Positions 44,621 through 52,008 of a stretch of 64,000 nt of DNA are shown here, piece by piece; position 1 is the first letter of the stretch; each line of letters begins with the position of its first letter. The notes beneath the pieces were generated by a model. The model had not been told where the DNA came from. It worked only from the letters and a program-made list of their open reading frames with translations, and made no database searches. The position numbers were made by a program, and so were the translations under genes. The stretch covers positions 11,983 to 75,982 of the forward strand of contig JADYYP010000002.1 of assembly GCA_020853575.1 (NCBI GenBank), given 5' to 3'. This stretch comes from Planctomycetota bacterium. GTDB lineage: Bacteria > Planctomycetota > UBA1135 > GCA-002686595.

Positions 44621-45850
44621 ATGCGAAAACTACAAGCCATCACGTTGCTGGCCTTGGCCACTCTGGCCGCCGCGCAAACGCCCGAAGTGCGCGTCGTGCC
44701 GGGCGCGGTCGAAGCTCCCAAGCAGCCCGAGACACGCTCGACCGCGGGCTACGAGAAGGCCGAGCGCTTCGAGCCCAAGTCCGGCCGCGGCTCGAGCTCG
44801 GGCGCGATCCTGACCACGATCGAGACCCTGGTCGACGTGCGCGGTCAGGAAGACAACCAATTGACGGGCCTGGGCATCGTCACCGGCCTCGCAGGAACCG
44901 GCGACTCGGTCAACATGACGCGCCAGCTCTTGTCGAACGTGATGCTCGCCAACAACGTGCGCATCGACGTCTCGCAGCTCACGCCCAAGAACTGCGCGGT
45001 GGTGTCGGTCGAGGCCACGCTGCCGCCGGGCATCCAAGCGGGACGCAAGATCGACGTGCGCGTGTCGACCATCGGCGACGCCAAGAGCCTGCAGGGTGGC
45101 GTGCTGCTGTTCACGGAGTTGCGCGACGTCGGCGGCATGGTGTGGGCCACTGCGGCGGGTCCGGTGGACGTCGGCGGCTTCGCGGCCTCGGGAGCCTCGG
45201 CCTCGGTCACCAAGAACCAAGTCACCGTCGGCATGCTCGCCGGCGGCGGCAAGGTCGAGCGCACGCTGGTCAGCGACATCGTCAGCGAGCACGGCTTCAT
45301 CTACCTCGACCTGCGCGCGGCACAGTCGTCGTTCACCAACCGGGTGCGCATCGTGGAGGCGGTCAACGGCATCTTCCCGTCCGCCGCGGAAGCGGCGACC
45401 GACGGTCGCACGGTCAAGGTGCGCGTGCCGGGCGACCTGCCCAAGGCGGCGCACGTGGCCTACCTCGACGCCATCTTGCGGCTCGAGATCGAGCCCAACA
45501 TGCAGCCCTACGTCGTGATCAACGAACGCACGGGAGCGATCGTGATGGGGCAGGGAGTGCGCTTGCGCAACGGCGCGGTGGCACTGGGCGGCATCACGGT
45601 GACGATCGCCGAATCGCCCGAGACCAGCCAGCCGGGCGCGCTCTCCAACGGCACGACGCAGAACAACGCGCGCACCGACATCAACGTCAAGGAAGACAAC
45701 AACGGCCTGGTGGAGATCCCCAACGCCGTGACGCTGCACGAAGTGGTCGAGGTGCTGAACGTGCTCGGTGCGACGCCGCGCGACCTGATCCAGATCCTCG
45801 AGGCCATGCACCAGGCGGGCCTGCTGCTCGCCGAAGTGCGGCGGATGTAG
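44621..45850 (+). CDS. flgI: flagellar P-ring protein FlgI
   Basis: ORF 44594..45850 trimmed to MRKLQAITLLALATLAAAQ. Hallmarks are VRGQEDNQLTGLGIVTGLAGTGD and, at the C-terminus, LHEVVEVLNVLGATPRDLIQILEAMHQAGLLLAEV. Confidence 0.9.
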   Translation: MRKLQAITLLALATLAAAQTPEVRVVPGAVEAPKQPETRSTAGYEKAERFEPKSGRGSSSGAILTTIETLVDVRGQEDNQLTGLGIVTGLAGTGDSVNMTRQLLSNVMLANNVRIDVSQLTPKNCAVVSVEATLPPGIQAGRKIDVRVSTIGDAKSLQGGVLLFTELRDVGGMVWATAAGPVDVGGFAASGASASVTKNQVTVGMLAGGGKVERTLVSDIVSEHGFIYLDLRAAQSSFTNRVRIVEAVNGIFPSAAEAATDGRTVKVRVPGDLPKAAHVAYLDAILRLEIEPNMQPYVVINERTGAIVMGQGVRLRNGAVALGGITVTIAESPETSQPGALSNGTTQNNARTDINVKEDNNGLVEIPNAVTLHEVVEVLNVLGATPRDLIQILEAMHQAGLLLAEVRRM

Positions 45851-45852
45851 CC

Positions 45853-46194
45853 ATGGACGGCATTCAAAGCGGCGTGAGCCAGCAAGCGGCGCAAGCGGCA
45901 CGCAACTCCGACCTCGTGCAGGCGCGCGGCGTGGAGGCCGCGGCGCGCAAGGGCGACAGCGAGAAGGCCTCGAAGATGTTCGAGGAACTGCTGGCGACGA
46001 TGCTCGTGCGCGAGATGCGTCGCGAGCTGTCGGACGGTTTCTTCGGCAGCGGAGCCGGCGCCGACATCTACGAGGGCTGGCTCGATCAGAACGTCGGGCG
46101 CGCGCTGGCCGAGACGGGCTCGCTCGACTTGGCGCAGTCGATCCGCGTCTCGCTCGACCAGAAAAAGGCGCAAGCACAGGAGGCCGCGCAATGA
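45853..46194 (+). CDS. flgJ: FlgJ-like rod-binding protein (N-terminal domain only, no muramidase)
   Basis: This is the in-frame tail of shadow ORF 45142..46194, starting at ATG 45853. SEKASKMFEELLATMLVREMRRELS...GAGADIYEGWLDQNVGRALAETGSLDLAQSI matches the Rod-binding domain. The product is only 113 aa. Confidence 0.75.
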   Translation: MDGIQSGVSQQAAQAARNSDLVQARGVEAAARKGDSEKASKMFEELLATMLVREMRRELSDGFFGSGAGADIYEGWLDQNVGRALAETGSLDLAQSIRVSLDQKKAQAQEAAQ

Positions 46195-46676
46195 ACCAAG
46201 TGACCACCGCGTTGCGGCAGCTCGAGGCCTACGTGCAGGAGGAGATCGGCGCGCAGTTGCGGCTCCTCGAGCGGCTCGAAGCGCAGGACCTGGCGCTGCG
46301 CTCGCACGATCCGCTGCGCATCGCACACACGACGCGCGCACTCGACACCGAGATCGAAGGCGCGCAGAAGCGCGCCCAGCGCCGGCACACGATTCTGGCT
46401 GGCCTGGCGGACGTCTGGGGGCTCGCGTCCAGCTCGCTGTCGCTCTCGAGCGTCGCCGAGCGCGTCGGCGACGACGGCGACGACGGCGAACGTCTCGAGC
46501 GCCAGAAGCAGGAGCTCGAGCGCATCTCGAAGCGCGTGCAGAAGTTGGCGCGGCGCAACACCACGGTCGCGCGCTTCCACCAGCGCCTGACCAGCGACGT
46601 GTTGCAGGCCGTGCTCGTGCAGGACGACGGCGGCAACGTGCACGACGGTGGCGCCTTGGTCGACGCGGAGGCTTGA
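46191..46676 (+). CDS. FlgN-like flagellar export chaperone
   Basis: 161-aa helical protein whose start overlaps the flgJ stop (ATGA). It sits immediately before flgK. The N-terminal LRQLEAYVQEEIGAQLRLLERLEAQDLALRSHD is FlgN-like. The call rests mainly on position and composition. Confidence 0.5.
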   Translation: MNQVTTALRQLEAYVQEEIGAQLRLLERLEAQDLALRSHDPLRIAHTTRALDTEIEGAQKRAQRRHTILAGLADVWGLASSSLSLSSVAERVGDDGDDGERLERQKQELERISKRVQKLARRNTTVARFHQRLTSDVLQAVLVQDDGGNVHDGGALVDAEA

Positions 46677-46683
46677 GGCGACC

Positions 46684-49017
46684 ATGAGCTCACTGGGCAT
46701 CAACATCGGTCTCAAGTCGCTGCTCGCGGCGCAATCGAGCCTGGAGACGATCGGCCACAACCTGTCGAACGCCAACACGCCGGGCTACTCGCGTCAAACG
46801 CTGCACATCTCGACCTCGACGCCACTGCGGTTGCGCGGGTTGATGCAAGGCACCGGCACTCAGGCCGACACGATCTCGCGCACCGTCGACAACCTGTTGC
46901 ACGGTCGCATCACCACGCAGGTTTCTTCGCTCGGGCGCCTCGATGCGCGTCTGGACGTCGCCGAGAACGTCGAGAGCTTCCTGCGCGGCGCGAGCGATTC
47001 GGGCGCGCCGGCCCTGCTCAAGAAGATGTTCCAGGCCTTCGCGTCGCTGCAAACGGCGCCCGAGGACAGCGTGCTGCGCACCGGCGCGGTGCAATCGTCG
47101 ATCTCGCTCGCGTCGTCGCTCAACCAGCTGGCGGGCAACTCGCAGACGCTCTCGCGCGACGTGTTCCTGCGGCTCGACAGCGACATCGACAGCGTCAATC
47201 AACTGGCGCGCGAGATCGGTGACCTCAATCGCCAGATCGTCAACAGCGAGATCGGCACCTCGATCGCCAACGACTTGCGCGACGCGCGCGACCAGAAGGT
47301 CAAGGAGTTGTCGGAGCTGGTCGACGTGCGCGCGGTCGAGGACTCTCGCGGAGCGCTGCGCGTCCTGGTCGGAGGGCAGATCCTGGTCAGCCCGACGACC
47401 GTCGAGCAGCTCGAGCTCAGCGGCGATCCATCGACGGGCAACGTCGAGCTCGAGATCGACGGCCAGACGGTCACCGCGACCGGTGGCGAGATCGGCGGCT
47501 TGCTGCAGGTCCAGCGCAACTTCCTGCCGGAGCTCTCGACGCGCGTCGACGCCTTCGCGCACAACCTGATCCTCGAGATGAACCGCGTGCATTCGACGGG
47601 CGTGCCCCGCGACGGTTCGTTTCGCGTGCTGGTGGCCGACCAACGCTTGGCCGACCAGAACCAGGACGGCGATGCGACCAACGAGCTGCTCTCGCGCGCC
47701 GGCCTGCCGTTCGATGTCGTCGACGGCGATCTGTACGTGAACGTCGTCGACGAAGCCACCGGCATGATGTCGAAGCACAAGCTCTCGATCGACGCCGACC
47801 GCACCACCGCGCGGCAGTTCGTCGACGCGCTCGACGCGGTCGATCACCTTTCGGCCTCGATCGACGCGCAAGGCCGCATGCAGATCGTGGCCGACACGGG
47901 CTTTCGCTTCGACTTCAGTCCGCGCCTAGATCCCGATCCCGATCACCTGGGGAGCTTCGGCAGCGGCAAGGCCTCGCTGGCGTCGCCCACGGGACCGTTC
48001 GCCCTGGCGGCGGGCGACACGCTGGACTTCGTCGGACCGAGCTCGAGCTTCCAGGTCACTTTCCAGGCGGCGAGCTTCACGCAGATCGGTGCGGCGACCG
48101 CCGACGAGGTAGCGGCGGCGCTCAACGCCGACGCGAACTTCCAAGCCAACGGTCTGGTCGCGAGCACGCTCGGAGGCACGCTGCTCGTGCAGAGCGCGGG
48201 CAGCGGCGCGGTCGAGCAGTTCCAACTCGCCGGAGGCAGCGCCGTCGCCGCCTTCGGTTGGAGCGCGGGCACCACGGTCACGGGCACCGACTACTCGGTC
48301 GCGCCCAGCATCTCGGGCACGTTCAGCGGATCGTCCAACGACCGCTGGAGCTTCCGGCCGAACATGGATGGCACGATCGGCACCACGCCGGGTCTGGTGA
48401 TCGAGGTCTACAACTCGGCGGGCACCAAGATCGCGGATCTCGACGTGGGTCCGGGTTACACGCCGGGCGACGAGATCGAGGTGCTCGACGGCGTCACGGC
48501 CTCGTTCGGCTTCGGCTCGCTGTCGGCCAGTCACGGGGACGTGTTCGAGCTCGACGTCGTGGCCGATTCGGACACCTCGGACGTGCTCGTGGCGCTGGGC
48601 TTCAACTCGTTCTTCACCGGCTCCGACGCCAATACCATCGCGGTACGCAAGGAAGTCGCCGCCAACTCGGCGCTGCTCGCGGGCTCGCTCTCGGGCGCCC
48701 CGGGCGACGGAGGCAACCTGCTGCGCATGCTGCAGGTCGAGAACCTGAACCTGGGCGCGCTCGACGACCAATCGCTCGACGAGCATCTCTCCGACGTCGT
48801 CAGCTCCGTCGCGCTCGAGATCGACGCCTCGCGCAGCGCGCGCGAAGCCGAACAGTTCCTGCTCGATGGCCTCGAGTCGCGGCGCGACCAGGTCTCCGGT
48901 GTCAACACCGACGAGGAGCTGGTGCACATGATCGAGCAAGAGCAAGCCTACAACGCATCGGCGCAGTACCTGCGCGTGGTGAGCGAGCTCTCCAACGAAT
49001 TGATGGCGATCCTCTGA
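46684..49017 (+). CDS. flgK: flagellar hook-associated protein 1, FlgK (long form)
   Basis: ORF 46648..49017 trimmed to MSSLGINIGLKSLLAAQSSLETIGHNLSNANTPGYSRQ. The C-terminus is VNTDEELVHMIEQEQAYNASAQYLRVVSELSNELMAIL. Confidence 0.9.
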   Translation: MSSLGINIGLKSLLAAQSSLETIGHNLSNANTPGYSRQTLHISTSTPLRLRGLMQGTGTQADTISRTVDNLLHGRITTQVSSLGRLDARLDVAENVESFLRGASDSGAPALLKKMFQAFASLQTAPEDSVLRTGAVQSSISLASSLNQLAGNSQTLSRDVFLRLDSDIDSVNQLAREIGDLNRQIVNSEIGTSIANDLRDARDQKVKELSELVDVRAVEDSRGALRVLVGGQILVSPTTVEQLELSGDPSTGNVELEIDGQTVTATGGEIGGLLQVQRNFLPELSTRVDAFAHNLILEMNRVHSTGVPRDGSFRVLVADQRLADQNQDGDATNELLSRAGLPFDVVDGDLYVNVVDEATGMMSKHKLSIDADRTTARQFVDALDAVDHLSASIDAQGRMQIVADTGFRFDFSPRLDPDPDHLGSFGSGKASLASPTGPFALAAGDTLDFVGPSSSFQVTFQAASFTQIGAATADEVAAALNADANFQANGLVASTLGGTLLVQSAGSGAVEQFQLAGGSAVAAFGWSAGTTVTGTDYSVAPSISGTFSGSSNDRWSFRPNMDGTIGTTPGLVIEVYNSAGTKIADLDVGPGYTPGDEIEVLDGVTASFGFGSLSASHGDVFELDVVADSDTSDVLVALGFNSFFTGSDANTIAVRKEVAANSALLAGSLSGAPGDGGNLLRMLQVENLNLGALDDQSLDEHLSDVVSSVALEIDASRSAREAEQFLLDGLESRRDQVSGVNTDEELVHMIEQEQAYNASAQYLRVVSELSNELMAIL

Positions 49018-49028
49018 CGAGACCAGGC

Positions 49029-50453
49029 ATGGCGATCCGCCCCACACAACAAGCGACCTTCGCGCAGATCCAACGCGGCCTGCTGTACAACTTCGCGACG
49101 CTGGTGCGCTCGCAAGAGCAGGTCTCGTCGGGCAAGCGCATCATCCGGCCCTCCGACGATCCGATCGGTGCCTCGCAGGCCTTGGCCTTCAAGCGCCAGA
49201 TCGCGGCTGCCGAGCGCAACAAGACCGCCGTCGAGGGCGCGCGCGTGATGCTCGACACGGCCTCGAGCTCGCTGCAGGACGCGGGCACGATGCTGGCCGA
49301 GGCGCGCTCGATCTTGCTGCAGGCGATGAACGGCACGCAGTCCGACGACGACCGCGTGCTGCTCGGCAACTCGCTCTCGCTGATCCGCGACCGCCTGCTC
49401 GAGATCGGCAATCAACGCACTGGCAACCGCTACTTGTTCTCGGGCACCGGCACCAGCACGGCACCCTTCGTCGAAGGCACGGCCGCGGGCAACACGCGCG
49501 TCAACTACGCCGGCAACGACGAGTCCCAAGAGGTGCTCGTCGGCGTCGATTCCGAGTTGACCTTCACTCTTCCCGGCGACGACGTGTTCGCCGCCAAGCA
49601 GCGCACGGGAACCGAGTTCTCGGGACTCACCGGCCTGCGCTCGGGCACCACCGCCGACCAAGGCACGGGCTACGTGTACCTGCAGGTGCGCCACGACGCG
49701 ACGACGACGTCCGGACTGGGCGGCGGAGTCGCGCTGGCCGGCGCGGCGTCCGACACGATCGTCGGCGACCACACGCTCGTCGTCGACGGCACGGCGGGCA
49801 CCGTGCAGCTCGACAACGGCCCGCTGGTGGTGATCCCCAGCTCGAACGCCGGCGACGTCAGGGTCACGGACGAGAACGGCGGCGAGGTCCACCTCGACTT
49901 CAGCGCCTACAACGGCGCCAGCTTCAGCGCCACGGTCAGCGGCTCGGCCTCGATCTCGCTCGACGGCTCGAACTGGAGCGCGCTGACACTGACCGAGACC
50001 GATCTGGAGCTGGTCGACAGCGCCAGCGGGATCGTGTTGCACGTCGACGCGCGCAACGTGCACCGCGCCGGGAGCGAGCTGGTCACCTTCGGCGGCACGG
50101 TCAACGTCTTCGACACGCTGCAGGGCATCGTCGACGACCTGGAGAACGCCGACGGCCTGACGCCCAACGAGATGCGCGACCGTCTCGACATGTGGCTGAT
50201 CGAGCTCGACCGCAACCACGAGAACATCCAGGTCGCGACCGGCGAGCTGGGCTCGCTCTCGCAACGCGCCACCGGACTGCAGGAGGCCTTCGACGACGAG
50301 ACCACGCAGGTCAAGAGCCTGCTCTCGAACGTGGAAGACGCGGACTTCGGCGAGGTGGTGTTGGAGATGACGCGCGCCGAGCAGACCCTGCAGCTGGCTC
50401 AGGCGACCAGCGCGCGGTTGTTGCAGAACTCGCTGCTCAATTTCCTGAGGTAG
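49029..50453 (+). CDS. flgL: flagellar hook-associated protein 3, FlgL
   Basis: This is the in-frame tail of shadow ORF 48258..50453, starting at ATG 49029. MAIRPTQQATFAQIQRGLLYNFATLVRSQEQVSSGKRIIRPSDDP is a flagellin-N-like start. The C-terminus is EMTRAEQTLQLAQATSARLLQNSLLNFL. Confidence 0.85.
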   Translation: MAIRPTQQATFAQIQRGLLYNFATLVRSQEQVSSGKRIIRPSDDPIGASQALAFKRQIAAAERNKTAVEGARVMLDTASSSLQDAGTMLAEARSILLQAMNGTQSDDDRVLLGNSLSLIRDRLLEIGNQRTGNRYLFSGTGTSTAPFVEGTAAGNTRVNYAGNDESQEVLVGVDSELTFTLPGDDVFAAKQRTGTEFSGLTGLRSGTTADQGTGYVYLQVRHDATTTSGLGGGVALAGAASDTIVGDHTLVVDGTAGTVQLDNGPLVVIPSSNAGDVRVTDENGGEVHLDFSAYNGASFSATVSGSASISLDGSNWSALTLTETDLELVDSASGIVLHVDARNVHRAGSELVTFGGTVNVFDTLQGIVDDLENADGLTPNEMRDRLDMWLIELDRNHENIQVATGELGSLSQRATGLQEAFDDETTQVKSLLSNVEDADFGEVVLEMTRAEQTLQLAQATSARLLQNSLLNFLR

Positions 50454-50457
50454 TGCC

Positions 50458-50772
50458 ATGGCAGACGCGATTCCGATCCAACCCAAGCTGGCCCAGGTCG
50501 GCGGTCCGCGGGCCGCGCAAGGTGCAGCGGGCGTCAAGAAGGGCGCCGAGGGCGGCGGCGATGCGCTAGCCTTCAAGGCCCTGCTCGATCAGCTCGAACA
50601 GCGCGCGCAAGCGCTCGAGCTCGAGAGCAAGAAGAACCTGACCAAGGACGACCTCGTGGGCGCGATCGACGAAGCGCGCACCTCGCTGGAGCAGATGCTG
50701 TCGCTCAAGGACCAGCTGCTCGAAGCCTGGCGCGCCTCGAAGGCCCAGCCCGCAGCGATCGAGAAGACATGA
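50458..50772 (+). CDS. small helical hypothetical protein at the end of the flagellar operon
   Basis: 104 aa. It starts 4 nt after flgL, and its stop overlaps the next start (ATGA). A Gly/Ala-rich N-terminus is followed by the amphipathic FKALLDQLEQRAQALELESKK...AIDEARTSLEQMLSLKDQLLEAW. I cannot assign a family with confidence. Confidence 0.55.
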   Translation: MADAIPIQPKLAQVGGPRAAQGAAGVKKGAEGGGDALAFKALLDQLEQRAQALELESKKNLTKDDLVGAIDEARTSLEQMLSLKDQLLEAWRASKAQPAAIEKT

Positions 50773-51869
50773 GTCGCACCGCCGCCGATCTGCGTTCGCG
50801 CGCCCTGCCGTTGATGGAGCGCGTGCTCCGCGAAGGCGGGCCACTCGCGCCCGAGTATCCGCTGTGCTTCCAGGACCAGTTTCCCGGCCGCGTGCTGGCC
50901 ATCCAGGAGCAAGAGCGGGTCGTCTCGGCGTGCGCGGTGCTGGTGCGTGACTTCGTGGTCGGCACGTTGAACGTGCGCGTCGGGCTGATCGGCTCGGTGT
51001 GCACCGATCCGGCGCAGCGCGGCCGCGGGCTCGCCAGCCAGTTGCTGCAGCGCGCCGAGGACGAGCTGGCGCAGGACGGTTGCATGCTGGCGCTCCTGTG
51101 GGCCGACGATCCGATCTTCTACGACGAGCGCGGCTGGCAACCGGTCGGCGCCGAGATCGACTTCGCCATCGAGACCTGGCAAGCGGGACGCCTGGCGGGG
51201 GCCTCCGGCATCCGTGCGGCGGCGCCCGACGACCGCGGCGCGATCCACCGGCTCTACAGCCTGCACCGAGAGCGCGTCGACCGCTCGTGCGAGGAATCGA
51301 ACGCGCTGCTGGCCTCTCCGGGGGTCGAGACGCTCGTGCTGCAACGCTCGCGCGACGTCGTGGCGTATTCGTGCATGGGGCGCGGCAAGGACTTCGCCCA
51401 CACGGTGCACGAGTGGGCCGGCTCCGACGCCGACGTGATCGCTCTGTTGCGCGCGCACTTGCAGCGCGCCGAGGCGCGCGGCGAGAACGCGCCCTTGTAC
51501 GTGATCACACCGCCGACGGCCCACGGGCTGCACGCGCGCTTGCGCGGACTGGGGCTCAACTGGACACAAGGCGTGCTGGCCCAGGGCAAGTTGCTCGATC
51601 CGCACGCGGCGGTTGGCTTGCTCGCGACGCTCACCGGACCCGACTCGCACTTTTCGGTCGAGACCGAGGTCGAAGACGGTCGCACACAGGTCGTGGTCGG
51701 CGTGCAGGGACCGCGTGGCCGCACGCACGTCGGCACCGACGAGTTGCTCTCGCTGCTGATCCCCGCGCGCGGCAAGCGCCTGCGGCTGGACGAGCTCGAG
51801 CGCGCCTGCGGCGTGGCCTGGACCCAGCTCCCGTTGCCGTTGTTCGCCTGGGGCTTGGATTCGATCTGA
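50769..51869 (+). CDS. GNAT N-acetyltransferase, Eis-like (GNAT + C-terminal SCP2-like region)
   Basis: 366 aa. The acetyl-CoA motif is IGSVCTDPAQRGRGLASQLLQRAEDEL. Length and layout resemble Eis-type three-domain acetyltransferases. Confidence 0.75.
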   Translation: MSRTAADLRSRALPLMERVLREGGPLAPEYPLCFQDQFPGRVLAIQEQERVVSACAVLVRDFVVGTLNVRVGLIGSVCTDPAQRGRGLASQLLQRAEDELAQDGCMLALLWADDPIFYDERGWQPVGAEIDFAIETWQAGRLAGASGIRAAAPDDRGAIHRLYSLHRERVDRSCEESNALLASPGVETLVLQRSRDVVAYSCMGRGKDFAHTVHEWAGSDADVIALLRAHLQRAEARGENAPLYVITPPTAHGLHARLRGLGLNWTQGVLAQGKLLDPHAAVGLLATLTGPDSHFSVETEVEDGRTQVVVGVQGPRGRTHVGTDELLSLLIPARGKRLRLDELERACGVAWTQLPLPLFAWGLDSI

Positions 51870-52008
51870 GCGCGCCGCGGCGTGCCGCGCGCGAGAACTT
51901 CCCACCCGGCGCGCCTGCACCGCACAGTGTGAGCGGGCTTTGGCCGATGCGCTTCGAGGGCTGCGCTCCAGCGCGCCCGCAGTCTCGACTCGTCCTGAGA
52001 AACAGCGT

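Noticed and set aside
50458-50772. Calling the 104-aa ORF FliE or FlgM.
   Set aside because: It shows only a vague helical resemblance to FliE, lacks the characteristic FliE C-terminal motif, and sits after flgL, which is atypical. There is no FlgM-like C-terminal sigma-28-binding pattern either. It is left as hypothetical.
51943-51948. GCCGAT, resembling the -10 of sigma-28 flagellar promoters (GCCGATAA), upstream of the Dcd/LOG gene.
   Set aside because: It is only a 6-mer, with no TAAA -35 element at the required 15-nt spacing. That is not enough to call a promoter.
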